A DNA stretch of 64,000 nucleotides from Iphione sp. A-MEVVRFRX5. Taxonomy: Eukaryota. This document shows positions 38,272 through 49,740 of the stretch, piece after piece. The notes below the pieces were generated by a model. It was not told where the DNA came from and did no database searches. It worked only from the letters and a program-made list of their open reading frames with translations. Made by a program: the position numbers and the translations under genes. The stretch lies in the NCBI GenBank assembly GCA_976226885.1, contig OZ320315.1, forward strand, positions 35,216,001 to 35,280,000, written 5' to 3'. Every line of letters starts with the position of its first letter. Within the stretch, counting starts at the first letter, position 1.

Positions 38272-39016
38272 GGCCCTGTTCACATGTACACAGATTTTTC
38301 CGTTCTGCATCTGGATGCGGGTACAAGTTTTCTCCCAGCCCTCTACTACCATTGCACTGATTCACATGTACACAGTTTTTTCTGAGATTAATGGTAGACG
38401 ACGGCTATGCTCCCTTCCTCCTGCAGTGCTACCGAGTTGTGGGCCTGCCAGCTGTGTGTGCATGCTATTTAAGCACCTGGTTGTTGCCAATGGTTACTGA
38501 GTGGAGGTCTCACTATGGTGTGTACCTATGTTATGAAAAGGCAGATTTTTTATGGTGTGTACCTATGTTATGAAAAGGCAGATTTTTTATGGTGTGTACC
38601 TATGTTATGAAAAGGCAGATTTTTTTTATATGGTGTGTACCTATGTTATGAAAAGGCAGATTTTTTTATGGTGTGTACCTATGTTATGAAAAGGCAGATT
38701 TTTTATGGTGTGTACCTATGTTATGAAAAGGCAGATTTTTTATGGTGTGTACCTATGTTATGAAAAGGCAGATTTTTTTATGTGTTTTTTTATGTTTTAT
38801 GTGTTACGTGTTTTTTCTGAGTCCACACACGGATTTGGATGTCAATCCGTTGTGCATGGGTTTCATCTGGACACAGATGCAGATTTCCATAGGAAGCAAT
38901 GGTGAGGAGACATCTCCAGACTATATGGAGGTAATTATCTAACAAACTCTGCAGGGGGTTTCTCTGTGTCTGCGAACGGAGCCTGATTTTTCATCCATGT
39001 ACATGCGAACAGGGCC
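38272..39016. mobile_element. Non-autonomous TIR element (MITE), 745 bp, probably PIF/Harbinger type
   Basis: Left end GGCCCTGTTCACATGTACA; reverse complement of right end GGCCCTGTTCGCATGTACA (18/19). GTA directly flanks both ends (38269-38271, 39017-39019). No transposase ORF. Confidence 0.75.
38514..38779. repeat. 37-bp minisatellite, 7 near-identical copies, inside the MITE
   Basis: Unit TATGGTGTGTACCTATGTTATGAAAAGGCAGATTTTT at 38514, 38551, 38588, 38629, 38667, 38704 and 38741. Copies differ only in the T run. Confidence 0.97.
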
Positions 39017-42000
39017 GTAGGGGCAAAGTGTACATGTAAACACACAAGAAAGGGGTTAAATGTCTTTCAAAGGGGAGATCTTTTATCAGCAGCTGCACGA
39101 ACCCAATTCATGACCTTTTGAAATATCCCCTCGCAAATTACGAAACAGTTTTTTTCCCCCGATTACCGGTAAATCCTCTCTTTCCCTGCGTGAAGCGCAG
39201 CATAAAATGGTCTCTTGCGGCCCCGAACATGAGAGTCCAACTACTGGCGGTACTATCTGGGATGAAACACGCTATACCATAATGAAGGCAGGACAAAAAT
39301 TCCGAGCACCCTCGCAGCAATGCTTGCTTGGACATGCCAGCGACCAGGGAATATTATAAGCTTGACTAACGAAATATGTTCGCAATGATGAGGTTACCGC
39401 TGCTCCTACATGCAAGTCATAGCTATATCTACCTCCTGAATAAGCGAGACATGGAGAGACAGAGAAAGAAAGAACATACATGGGGGTGGGGGTGTGGGTG
39501 AGGTGACAGAGTAGCCCGCTAGGCTGAGGCACGTGTCGGCTGAGTGAGACAAGAGACCGAAAAAAAGGTAGGTGGCAGAAAGACAGGAGAGACAGAGAGC
39601 AGACGTGGGGAGATGGCATGCATCGGCTTGCTAAGCAAGACAGAGGCATGGTAATAGAGAGGAGACAGACAACATGGAAAGGTAGAATGTAAGGCTTAAC
39701 TATAATATATGCTAAAGGGGCAGGACAGAGACGGGGAAAGTGATAGGCAGCACATAGTGAGGTTCAGACAGGGCACACAAAGAAAGACAGCAGAGAGGGA
39801 GACTGATTGTAACCCTTACGCCCGAATCTCTACCTAGGCGCTTTATCTCAGGATGAATAATATCACATAATTATCCCAGGTATATATCAACAAGTTAGGC
39901 ATTACACAGGGGGGCAGAGTACCACTCGTAACATAGGAAATTGCTTTGCAGGCTGTGTTCTACAGGAGGAATACAGGAGCAGTTTTCACGCTATATTATA
40001 TTCAGGTGGAAAGCAACGTTTGTGAAAGGTGCACATTGCATGCGCCTTTAGGCATCAATCCCTGCGGGTTTTTTCGGTGGGAGGGGGTGTGTCAGCCGGG
40101 CTCCCATGAAGCCATCAGTGTGATTCAAATCAATCATACATTCTCCTTCATCTGAGGATCATGTTATTCCTCTAATCAGGCTCCTGAGCGCAATATAATT
40201 ATAACCACCTCTGAAACAGCAATCACCATAATGGACGAAACATCGGTGTAAATGCGGTGAATACGACGACGAGAATAAATTCCACCGCGAGGTACGACAA
40301 CTGTCGACTTGTCGTCGGCGGGAGCCTCCTCGGTCTGAATAGAAGATGAAGGCAGGGCGGGATTGATTCTGATGGCGGCCGCCAGGTCGTGTTAATTACA
40401 TGAGATCCCCTGCAGCTATGATGGAGGGCGAATGGCAGAGGAGGGGCATCGTCTCCGGAGTGGGCATCACTTACTATGGGGCGCGCCTGGTGCCATAAGC
40501 CAGGCGGAGGGGGCACCCGCGTCACACGACCCCATGGGCATAACCCAGAAAAACATCGGGCATGCTAGCTTGAAGACAAATGTAATATAGATCGGCCCAT
40601 TTCATAGACCATTATGGGGCATTTTCTGGTGGAACGTAATTGCATTCACCATTAATAAATGATAGGAAGCACCTCAGACGCTGTTAGTATCTGTCTGTAT
40701 CGAACCTTCGTTTTCTGTCTGAATTCTGTATTGTTCATTGTGCACCTGCTTAATAAAACAATGTTTGAAGACTAGAGAATTGTTCATACAATCACGAAAC
40801 GCCTTAGTCCGGGGGGGAATGATTTTATGCTTATGATAGAATAAAAGGAAATATTTTATATCGTTTCCCCACGCTATTTCCCGAAGCTGCACGTGCTTTA
40901 ATTCGTGTATGCCTTGGACCGAGTCCCTCAGCTTCCGCAGCGAAGTATCCTAATTTTCGCATTAAAAAGGCTTTCCCTGAAGCAGTTCCAAGGGCTTTTC
41001 CGTCTGGCCTTTTCTGGGAAAAAAATTGTATTTGTTATAGTTGTTCACTGTCTGATGCCCCAGGCAGTAATCTCCGTTTGCTTTTCTAAAACACACGTAA
41101 CAATTTACGAGAATTTCCGTCAGCCCCCATCCCACCGGTCTAAATCTTCCTGTTCATATATATGTACAGTATGCAAATGTGATTCAAAGCTTTTGAAACT
41201 TTGTGTTTCCTTGAAAAATAAACTATTTTTGGTGGGTCCATTACTGATAAATCATTGCGTATTATTAAGACAATTGCCTGTCCAATGAGCTTATAGGAAG
41301 ATGCATTCGTCTAGATGAAAATCCCGAAAATAATTCCCCTTTTTAACAAGGATTACTGAAACATAATCTTCAATACGCAGTGTTTTCATGTCGACGATGG
41401 CTCGGACGAGTACAAGTATGCCCGTGCCTTGCGGGTTGAAACTGGCCGTGTCTGATGGAGCGGGGGGGGATCAGAAACAACCTTTTTAAAGAAATACCTA
41501 CGACGTACACCTGCTTTCACAGGCGGAAATCTCCAAAAGCCGAGCCCCATCCACCTTGCATAGGTGACAGGTGATTGCTCATAAAAGACCAAGCGGAGGG
41601 CAGCGAGGTTAGCTCACCGCTTCCAGCTCGTCATTTCACCCTTCACCGCCATCTATCAAACGCGACAGCCCCAGTCTTTAAGACTTGAACGAAGAGGCGA
41701 CTGCCCTTTCCTTTCCGCGCCCACCTATTACTAACGGTGGCGAATATGTCAACGAGCCGACGCCTGATAGAGAGGACGCCAGGCACTCGCGGCCGACACG
41801 TCCCCTGATCAGGGTCGGCCGGCGCCCCTTCCAGCGCCACCTCTGGCCCACAATGGAGAGGTTACAAATGAGAGGCTAGTCGGGCAGTGGGTGGCAGGCC
41901 GCCAGTGTCAGGAGCATTATTATTATTTTTATTATTGGCCTTGCCGCTTACGTCCAGTGACACTCTGCTCGCATCTCCAGCGGACATCTATCACACTTAT

Positions 42001-42433
42001 GCATACAATGAATGTGCATATTGTCATACATGTACCATGGGGACCTAATCAATGATACAATGTAGAAGTACATGTATACGGGACCTTCGTTACATGTTAC
42101 CCTCATAGGCTATGGTGTTAACTTCAAATATTCACTTCAAGTAAGTTGTACTTCGTAAACGCCAATGAATAAGTCCTCTTAATCTATGCTCAAATAAATC
42201 TGGTATATAGTTAGCAATTTATATACATATATGCATCATGTGGTAGTCTTTTTGGTAAAGATTAACAGGGTAGCCAAGATTAGATTAAAATGTTAATTGA
42301 AGAATTATCAGATGTGCTAAAGGGTAAGCAGTCAGCTTCCCCATATCTTATTTACCGGCATGGGAATTATGGGAATACCTCGTGAATCGCGGGGGTTAAA
42401 AAGAATCAGTGGGTATTGGATAAATGAGTCAGC

Positions 42434-42438
<5 letters not shown>

Positions 42439-42520
<82 letters not shown>
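42439..42520. repeat. (GA)41 microsatellite
   Basis: Uninterrupted GA run. It explains the ER/SL repeat ORFs. Confidence 0.97.
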
Positions 42521-42523
<3 letters not shown>

Positions 42524-45500
42524 AGTCCCAGTGATGGTTATGCCGCGATGAAATGTGGCGAGCGTTTCTGCCTATGTAGAACTGATTGCCTGTACACATA
42601 CAGGTCCTACGAGAGGTGAGGGGCCAGGATAACAAGTGCCGCAAGGCAAGCGAATTGCTTTAAAGTGGTCGAGAATGAGAGGGCGCCGTGTGGGAATTAT
42701 CTGCGCCAGACGCCAATGCCTGCAGCCATTGGAGCTCAATTAACCTCAAACATAATGGCTGTTTATGCCTATCAAATTTTCTTTACAGCAATGCGTCTTT
42801 TTTTTCGCCATTTCCCCCCACGATGAGGTTACTTGAGCATGCAAATTACCTCAGGAGGCGACTGTGACGCTTTGCTTTGTATAGATGATAAATATTTAGT
42901 GAAAGAGACAAAAGGCTGGGCAGATTTAATGGTGTTCCCTGTGAAACATGAGAAGATGCCTGGCCAGGTGCGGACGATGCAGATGCAGCCAAACAGTTGT
43001 CTTGATTTGACCAAAAAGTGAACGAGCAGTCGATATCCTCAGAAGCATTAAAATGCACACCGGTTTGAAATAAACGAACTTTGGTGCAGTTTAATCAGCA
43101 AAGTGCCATCAAGGACGCTACAGGGCATTTAACCACTATGGAATTGTGATGCAATGTTGATTTAAACTATTGTCTGGTACATTTTGTTTGCAACTTGATT
43201 TTTTTCAATCTTAATTGCAGTGCTTTCGAAAAGAAAAGTGGATTACATGTTACCCCGAAATTGATTTAGATCTAATAAATGCACAATTCCTTAAGATGAT
43301 GAAAAGCAACATATGTATGCTTTGTGAGGGCGTGTATATTCCACGAAGGGGTACGTACACTGTATATATCTAACTACTCCTCTATTTGTTCTACACCCCC
43401 CCCCCTCTTTCCGTTGCACGGTATCGGTTCTATCTTGCCATCCCATCTCTCCTTCCGCTAGTTTCCCTAGTCATTATACTGTCGCTACTTTCTATTGTTT
43501 TCGTATCTCGAAAGCATTTAGAATCATAGGCATTTATTGTGTCAGGCTCTTGCCGCCGTTATCCCCCCCATCGGCCAGGCAGAAAGACAGCCAATACCCA
43601 TGATGGCCGACGGCAGCCGTAACTCGAACGTGCTTTTCTAATCGCCATTGTTGTTTGTTGCGGGTGTCGGCCGGTCCCCCGAAGTGATGTTCATGACACT
43701 AATGACGCGTAAAAGCAGCTGTAATAATACAAGCCGCCTCATGTGATAAACAACTGTTATCGCAGTTACAAAGCATATAATGTTGCTTTTCGTGGGGTGG
43801 TGTCAGGCTTTAAACGTGCTTATCTCTTAGAAGGCAGACATCATGTTTGAACCGATAGCGGGCGAGTTTCCGTAAGAGATGGCCTGACTGTCAGCAAAGG
43901 ACGGGCGGTGCAACCCTATACAAAGGCCGGCGTTTTCCACTTCTTTTCAAATAGCCACAATGTCGGGTATGTGATAAACGTGGTCCCAAACGCTCCTTTA
44001 AGTTATAACGTTTTCCTCTGGTAGTTCTTAAATCTCTTTAATATGCACTTGAAATCACAACTACAGCTCTGTACTGCTGCAGATAGCTTTTGTTATTGTG
44101 GAAACTTAAGAATGTATACATGTATACACTTTCTCCAAACAGCAATCTGTAGAATTTTATGTTCTGTGAACTGCAGATTGAATGTATCTCCTTCGTCTTG
44201 CAATCCGGAACCTATGAATCTTCAATCCATTTGGATCTCGTCGAAGTTGTACCGATTCACTTTTATGAATTGAAGAGTGATCGCTTATTGGCTTTGATCC
44301 ACTGGATTTGAAATCAATCCAAAGAACATTTAAATTGCTCATTTATCGTACATAAATAAGTGTCGGCTAAATTTGACCAACTTTACTTATTATGAAACAG
44401 GCTCCGCACATCCATGTGGTAAATAAATTCCATTTCAATGCTCAACATTAATAAGTAACCTTTGCCACGTATAAGATGTACATATACATGTATGAGATAT
44501 ATAAAGTCTCGAAGAAAATGTAAAAAAATACTACTATCACTATTCTTATCTACTCTCAAATAAGCATTGCCAATTCTTTTTTCGACAATAATGTCCGCGC
44601 ATTCCATCCGGAGCCCCTCATTCCTTTCGAGATGTAATATTCTTGGTTACATTTTCCCGCCCCCAAAAAGTACAACTTCGACGGTAGCTTAACAGAAACA
44701 GCGTCAGGTGCGTTTCATCTTGGAAGACGCTGACGCTCTCACATTAGCAGTACCATGGGGAAATTCCAGGTTCTGCCCGTGGCAGAAGTACTCGTACCGC
44801 AGGGGCTGGGCATTCAGAACGCTCATTGTGGTCAGCCACTTGCTCGTCGAGCGCATACTTGTTTCCAAGGTATATATGTGAATTTCATCCGTTTTTGCGA
44901 AGAAGATGAGGCGCGTACATTTATTGAATTATCTCTTATTTCTATAGCCTACGGCACCTGTCTCGAAACTCGAAAGACAGTGATTTACAAATACAAGCAC
45001 TTGCCACCGTAGAAATGCATGCAATATGTTATAAGGCTACACGTAATATAGACAACTGCTGCCATCGATCTGTTGTTCAAAAAGGCGTTGATTGAAAACG
45101 CTGACGAAGTGTTGTACTGGTATTTCTTATCTTTATACACGGATAATGCAGTAAAGCATCCTCCGAATTCCACGGTCCATTGTACTTGTTCACACTGCCT
45201 GCTTTTACCAGCCATTATTACACTGCGCGTTTCCAATATGACAGCTGTGCTTGGCGCCACATAGTCCCCCTCGGCTGCCTGGGTCAGCAACAAAAACACA
45301 TCAATTCTCCTCTTGGGCGTTTCAGCATTGCTTAGCCTGTAAGCAGGCAGTGTTTATATGAATGGCAAGGCTGGCTGACGTAAGTCAGGAGTGCATTGCG
45401 ATGTCTTCTCTAATAGATGTAAGTGACTTCTATAGGAAGGCTCGACGTGTGGTATGAAAGGCACGTATAGTGATCTTTCTCCCCTCTGCAACAAAACTTC

Positions 45501-48500
45501 CAGACTTCCAGCTCGGAGATTTCGTGTTAAAAAAAATCTTAACTATGCGGTGGTACTGTCTATGGATGAAATTACTTTGACTGTCGTGACATGCAGTCAA
45601 CCACTGGCCATTTACATGGATATCTTTCATGACCTGCCTGTTCTCTGGACTCAACGGGGCAAGAAAAAATGCGTTACTCTTTTCAAAGAGCCTAAACCAC
45701 TCTCTGTTGGGACATAATTGAGAGCAATCTTGCGGCGTACAATAGCATGATCTTGTCAGAAAATGGGGGAGTACTGCCTGAATGGTTGGCCATTTAAAAG
45801 TGACACAAACAGGACCATAAAGCACTTTCGGAGCCCGGTGAACAACATGGCTGGCCACTCTCTTATAGTAGCGTTACCGGGCCGCTTTCCTTGGAGGACC
45901 CAAACTGACAGACGTAATCTGTCCACTGTCCACTGGTAAAGGGAGAACTGCCTATACCTGACACTATTAGGCTTCAGGGCATAGTTTGCAACAGCCATAT
46001 AAAACTAATCCAAACGGGTGGGTTTTTTTTCCGGGTAGCTAGGCTCAAAGTATTTGACACCATATTTTATACAAGCCACGAGCAAAAGGTTATTTGCATC
46101 GTGCTTGGAAATGAAACTAATAATTTATGCTGTAAGTGCAACATAGATTCAGAGGTTTGAAAACGAACACGTACACTTGTATGTACATACACTGCTCACA
46201 TTATGTGAGCTACACAAAAGGAGAAGTGAAGTATTTCAAACGCCTTTTCACCGACATCGACATTTTTTCATCATTGCAAAGAAGCGCCCAGGATATGGCC
46301 TGTTTTCTCTGCTGAAGGTTTTCTTTTTATGCTGCCGTAAGAAATGAAGCAAGGAAGTGAAGTTGTGAGTTTATCTATATGGTTTCAACTGCTGCTCACA
46401 TCTATGGCTTCGTGTGCCTAGGCAGGCGCATCGGGCCGGAGATTTCTTCTGCGTAGACTGAACGGGAACCGAAAAGAGAATAAGTTTTAATGGGTAATTG
46501 GACGAAATAGATGTTTGATAAAGCGACACTCACTACCTATATGCTGGGCTTTCAGAAGAGCACATAGCATTAGCTGAACTTCCGCCATTACTTTCTTTGG
46601 TGCCCCTTGTGGGGTGCAACCATGGTTTCAAATCGATGGTCTTAGATTTTAAAAAAAGTAATGGCTTTTGCACGTGACCAATCGGTGCACCTGTGGTACC
46701 TCATACAGTGTTAAAACTAATGGGGGCGCTGGCAAGTAACGCGCGCCCAGCCAATGCTTTGCTGTCTATAGATCCCTCAGAGGGAGATGGACCTGGTGGT
46801 ATACCTAATAGTATAAGTGCTTGACTGCATACGTGCAAATACTTTAAGCCTAAAGGTTACACGAGCACGTATATTATTTTCCGTTGTATTGCAGCTCTGC
46901 ATCAATATTTTTATAACATTATTACGTTGGGTTTGCAAGTGTAGGATGATCAAGAAGGAGAGGTGAGGACTTATGTGCATTCGGTCCATTTGATACCTAC
47001 TACCATGAATCTACAGTGTATATTGCACTTCCAAATTTCGGCCCAGTCAATACCAGTCTTATATTCAATTCGACTATTCACACAAATGCCTTAAATATAT
47101 CGTGTTCAACTATGCTTCAAGTATGCGTTTTTAAATGCGTTTTTAAAACCTCTCTTCCATCGGTGTCTAATGATAAACATTAAAAGATTAAAGACTAGCC
47201 AAAACGCAGCAGTATAAGGACTCACCACGCCAATTCCTCATCAATGCTTATTCCTGGTTTCCTTTTCAGACGAGCACCCCGTAAGCTTGTATTGAGTCTA
47301 ATGATTCCGCCTTTTCTTTAACGATGCTATTACCGATTCCTTTCTTTGTGTTACACGAGCAGAAAAGGAGCAGTGAGTGATGTGATGCAAGCTATTTAAA
47401 CTTAAAAGGGCTTTCAAAGTTAAGAACTCTTTGTACCGTGTAGAAAAATTGCTTTAATGACGCCTGACAGAAGCCGTTGTTCTTATTGCCGTCGAACACG
47501 CTTACTTGATAAGAAAATACGGAAAACAAGTACTAAGATAAATATTCGAGATATTACTGCCGTATTAGAAGACATCAGAAAGAAAATCGTCCTACCTTCC
47601 GCTGAGGCACTATTGTAAATTCAAATAATCTGGCAAATAAACGGCAGTTCTAAAACCGCTGAAAACAACTGTGGGAAAAGAACGACATGTTGACAATTGC
47701 CAGGTAGACCGTAATTTCATTACGACTGCGTCGTCTGCCACGCAAAAAGAAAATGCAGCGAAATAAATAAGGGATTGGAGTTTATTTTCTAAATAAAAGT
47801 CCGTGCTTGCAGAGACCATCAGAGTGGCAGTGCCGAACTTAAGGCTACAAGTGACCGTGACGCGTATATAGAAGGGCGAAAATCTGAAGGACATACCGAT
47901 TGCAACTCAACATAGTTTCCATTCACCGTCTGTTCTTACAATTTGAAAGGCAGGGCGTTCCACAAGAATCCTGCCTAGTTATTCAGAGGCGAGGTTTCTT
48001 TTCATTTCTCCTTTTTTTCCTGGCCGGAGAACGGGAGGAGGATTGCGAGCTGCTGCAGGAGATTTCGAGCAGGGATCCACGGCTAACCTTTCCATACAGG
48101 TCCAAGTGTTAGCTCAGCTGTCAACCCTCAAACAAGGCGCTAACGTAGGAGCACGCAGAAAAAAGAGGTAGCAGGTAGCCGTCCAAGCCACCCACCACTC
48201 CTTACCGCGCCTTGTCGTTTTTACCTTCAGTTTCGCTGCCTAGAGGTGATGATTGGAAACCCCATCGTCCGCCCCTGCCACCAAATAAGTGTCGGTCCCG
48301 GTGGGGTAAAAAAAGGAGAGATAACGAGGTATTTATACAAAAGTAGAATGCTTATGGAAACAAACTTTGGCGTTGGCCTTTGGAATTATCCATCACTAAA
48401 GATGCATGACCAAGAATGCCGCACAAAAAGGAGAGATAAATGGAGACAGAGAATAGCGCCTTGCGAACAGATCTTTCAGACATCTGAAGATCAGCGAGAC

Positions 48501-49530
48501 GGTCGAAAATAATTCAAACACCGAAAATGCTTAAATGATGTTAAAATGGTCAAAGGCGCTGCAAGCCATATTTACCTTGATCGACCGCTTGTTAACAATA
48601 ATGGCACCACTTATATGATGACCATAAAAGAAATCAAATATAGTACAAACTCACATCGTGCAAAATGAAAGCCTGAAATCTCAGGTTCTAAGCCTGACAT
48701 GTGGAAAAAGACATGGTTCCCGTTCTAGAATAGCAGCGCATTCCCTTTACCGCCACTGCCTTTATTTACGTTACCGATACTACGTCTAGCGTACGCAATT
48801 TCGTTCCACGCCTATTTGCCCCTAAGCTGAATGTCGTCTGCTGCCATTTGTGAAAGGGCTTCATTCCATTCAGCCGAAACAGCTGGTCTCAAAGTAGGGA
48901 GCTGGATCAAGCAACCACACAGAGCATGATCGCACGGTACACATGTCATATTTGAAAATGAAAATGGAAGACCTATAAAAACATACAGGTTGGAATCAAA
49001 TATTTTTCGGTGAGTGAATTACCCGGAAAGCGGGCAAAGAAAGAACTGTGAAGGACATGGTACGGAAGCAAACTTGGTAGGAAAAACGGAGAAATTCAAA
49101 TTAGACGCAGTTGGAGTGCAACTGTTTTTGAAACATGTGGCTTGTGTGGTTGATTGTGGATGGTGACGAGCAGCAGGTGGTCCTTCTACGCATGTGTAGA
49201 AGGCGCGCGTCATCCATCACGTGGTCTGTTGTTGCTAACTCTGACAAGGGCCGCCAGGGTGAGCCCGTGTAGCCTTCCATGTGAATGGCGCCTGCGCGAC
49301 GGCCAGCGCCTTCCGCCGAATACTCCCACGCCCTCGCAGCTCTGGGAGACCAACGCTAAACCCTTTACCAGCAACCTACTTTCTGTATCATTAGCATCGG
49401 TGATGGTTCCGGTCTGTCAGGAAGGAGAAATTATGAAATGTTAATGCGGCCCTCTCGGGCGCCCTGGAGGGACGTCCACATGAAAAGCCCGACTAGGAGA
49501 TCTGGAATAGCGATCTGGCTCTCGTGTGTA

Positions 49531-49740
49531 ACCGGATACTAACCGGAAGTCAGACGGATGGCAGCGGATGTAACCTCTGACCACTGACTCACAGCGACGA
49601 GAGGTCCCTCCCTTCGATTCCCCCCCCCCCCCACCTCCTACTTAGAAAGTCGCCACCAGGGGGGGGCCTCTGAAGGCATTGGAAACCCTGTATGGACATT
49701 AAAGGGAGTGTTACGTTGTAGAGCAGTGAAGATGGCTGCC
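49531..49740 (+). promoter_or_regulatory. Enhancer/promoter-like module: four ETS-type cores, AP-1, CTCF-like, YY1-like
   Basis: CGGA(A/T) cores with GGA at 49534, 49545, 49556 and 49566; TGACTCA 49585-49591; CCACCAGGGGG from 49653; AAGATGGCTGCC 49729-49740. Confidence 0.45.

Noticed and set aside
38514-38779. 37-bp repeats of CRISPR-like length
   Set aside because: Units are head-to-tail with no unique spacers, there are no cas genes, and the context is eukaryotic. It is a minisatellite.
44700-44737. Hairpin AGCGTCAG…CTGACGCT, plus small stems at 2921-2941, 14829-14846 and 46194-46210
   Set aside because: Too short for pre-miRNAs, and no Helitron-type CTRR end or other supporting context.
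39020-48822. Possible large TIR pair GGGGCAAA…TTTGCCCC
   Set aside because: Only 8 bp match, flanking triplets differ (GTA versus TAA), and there is no transposase inside.
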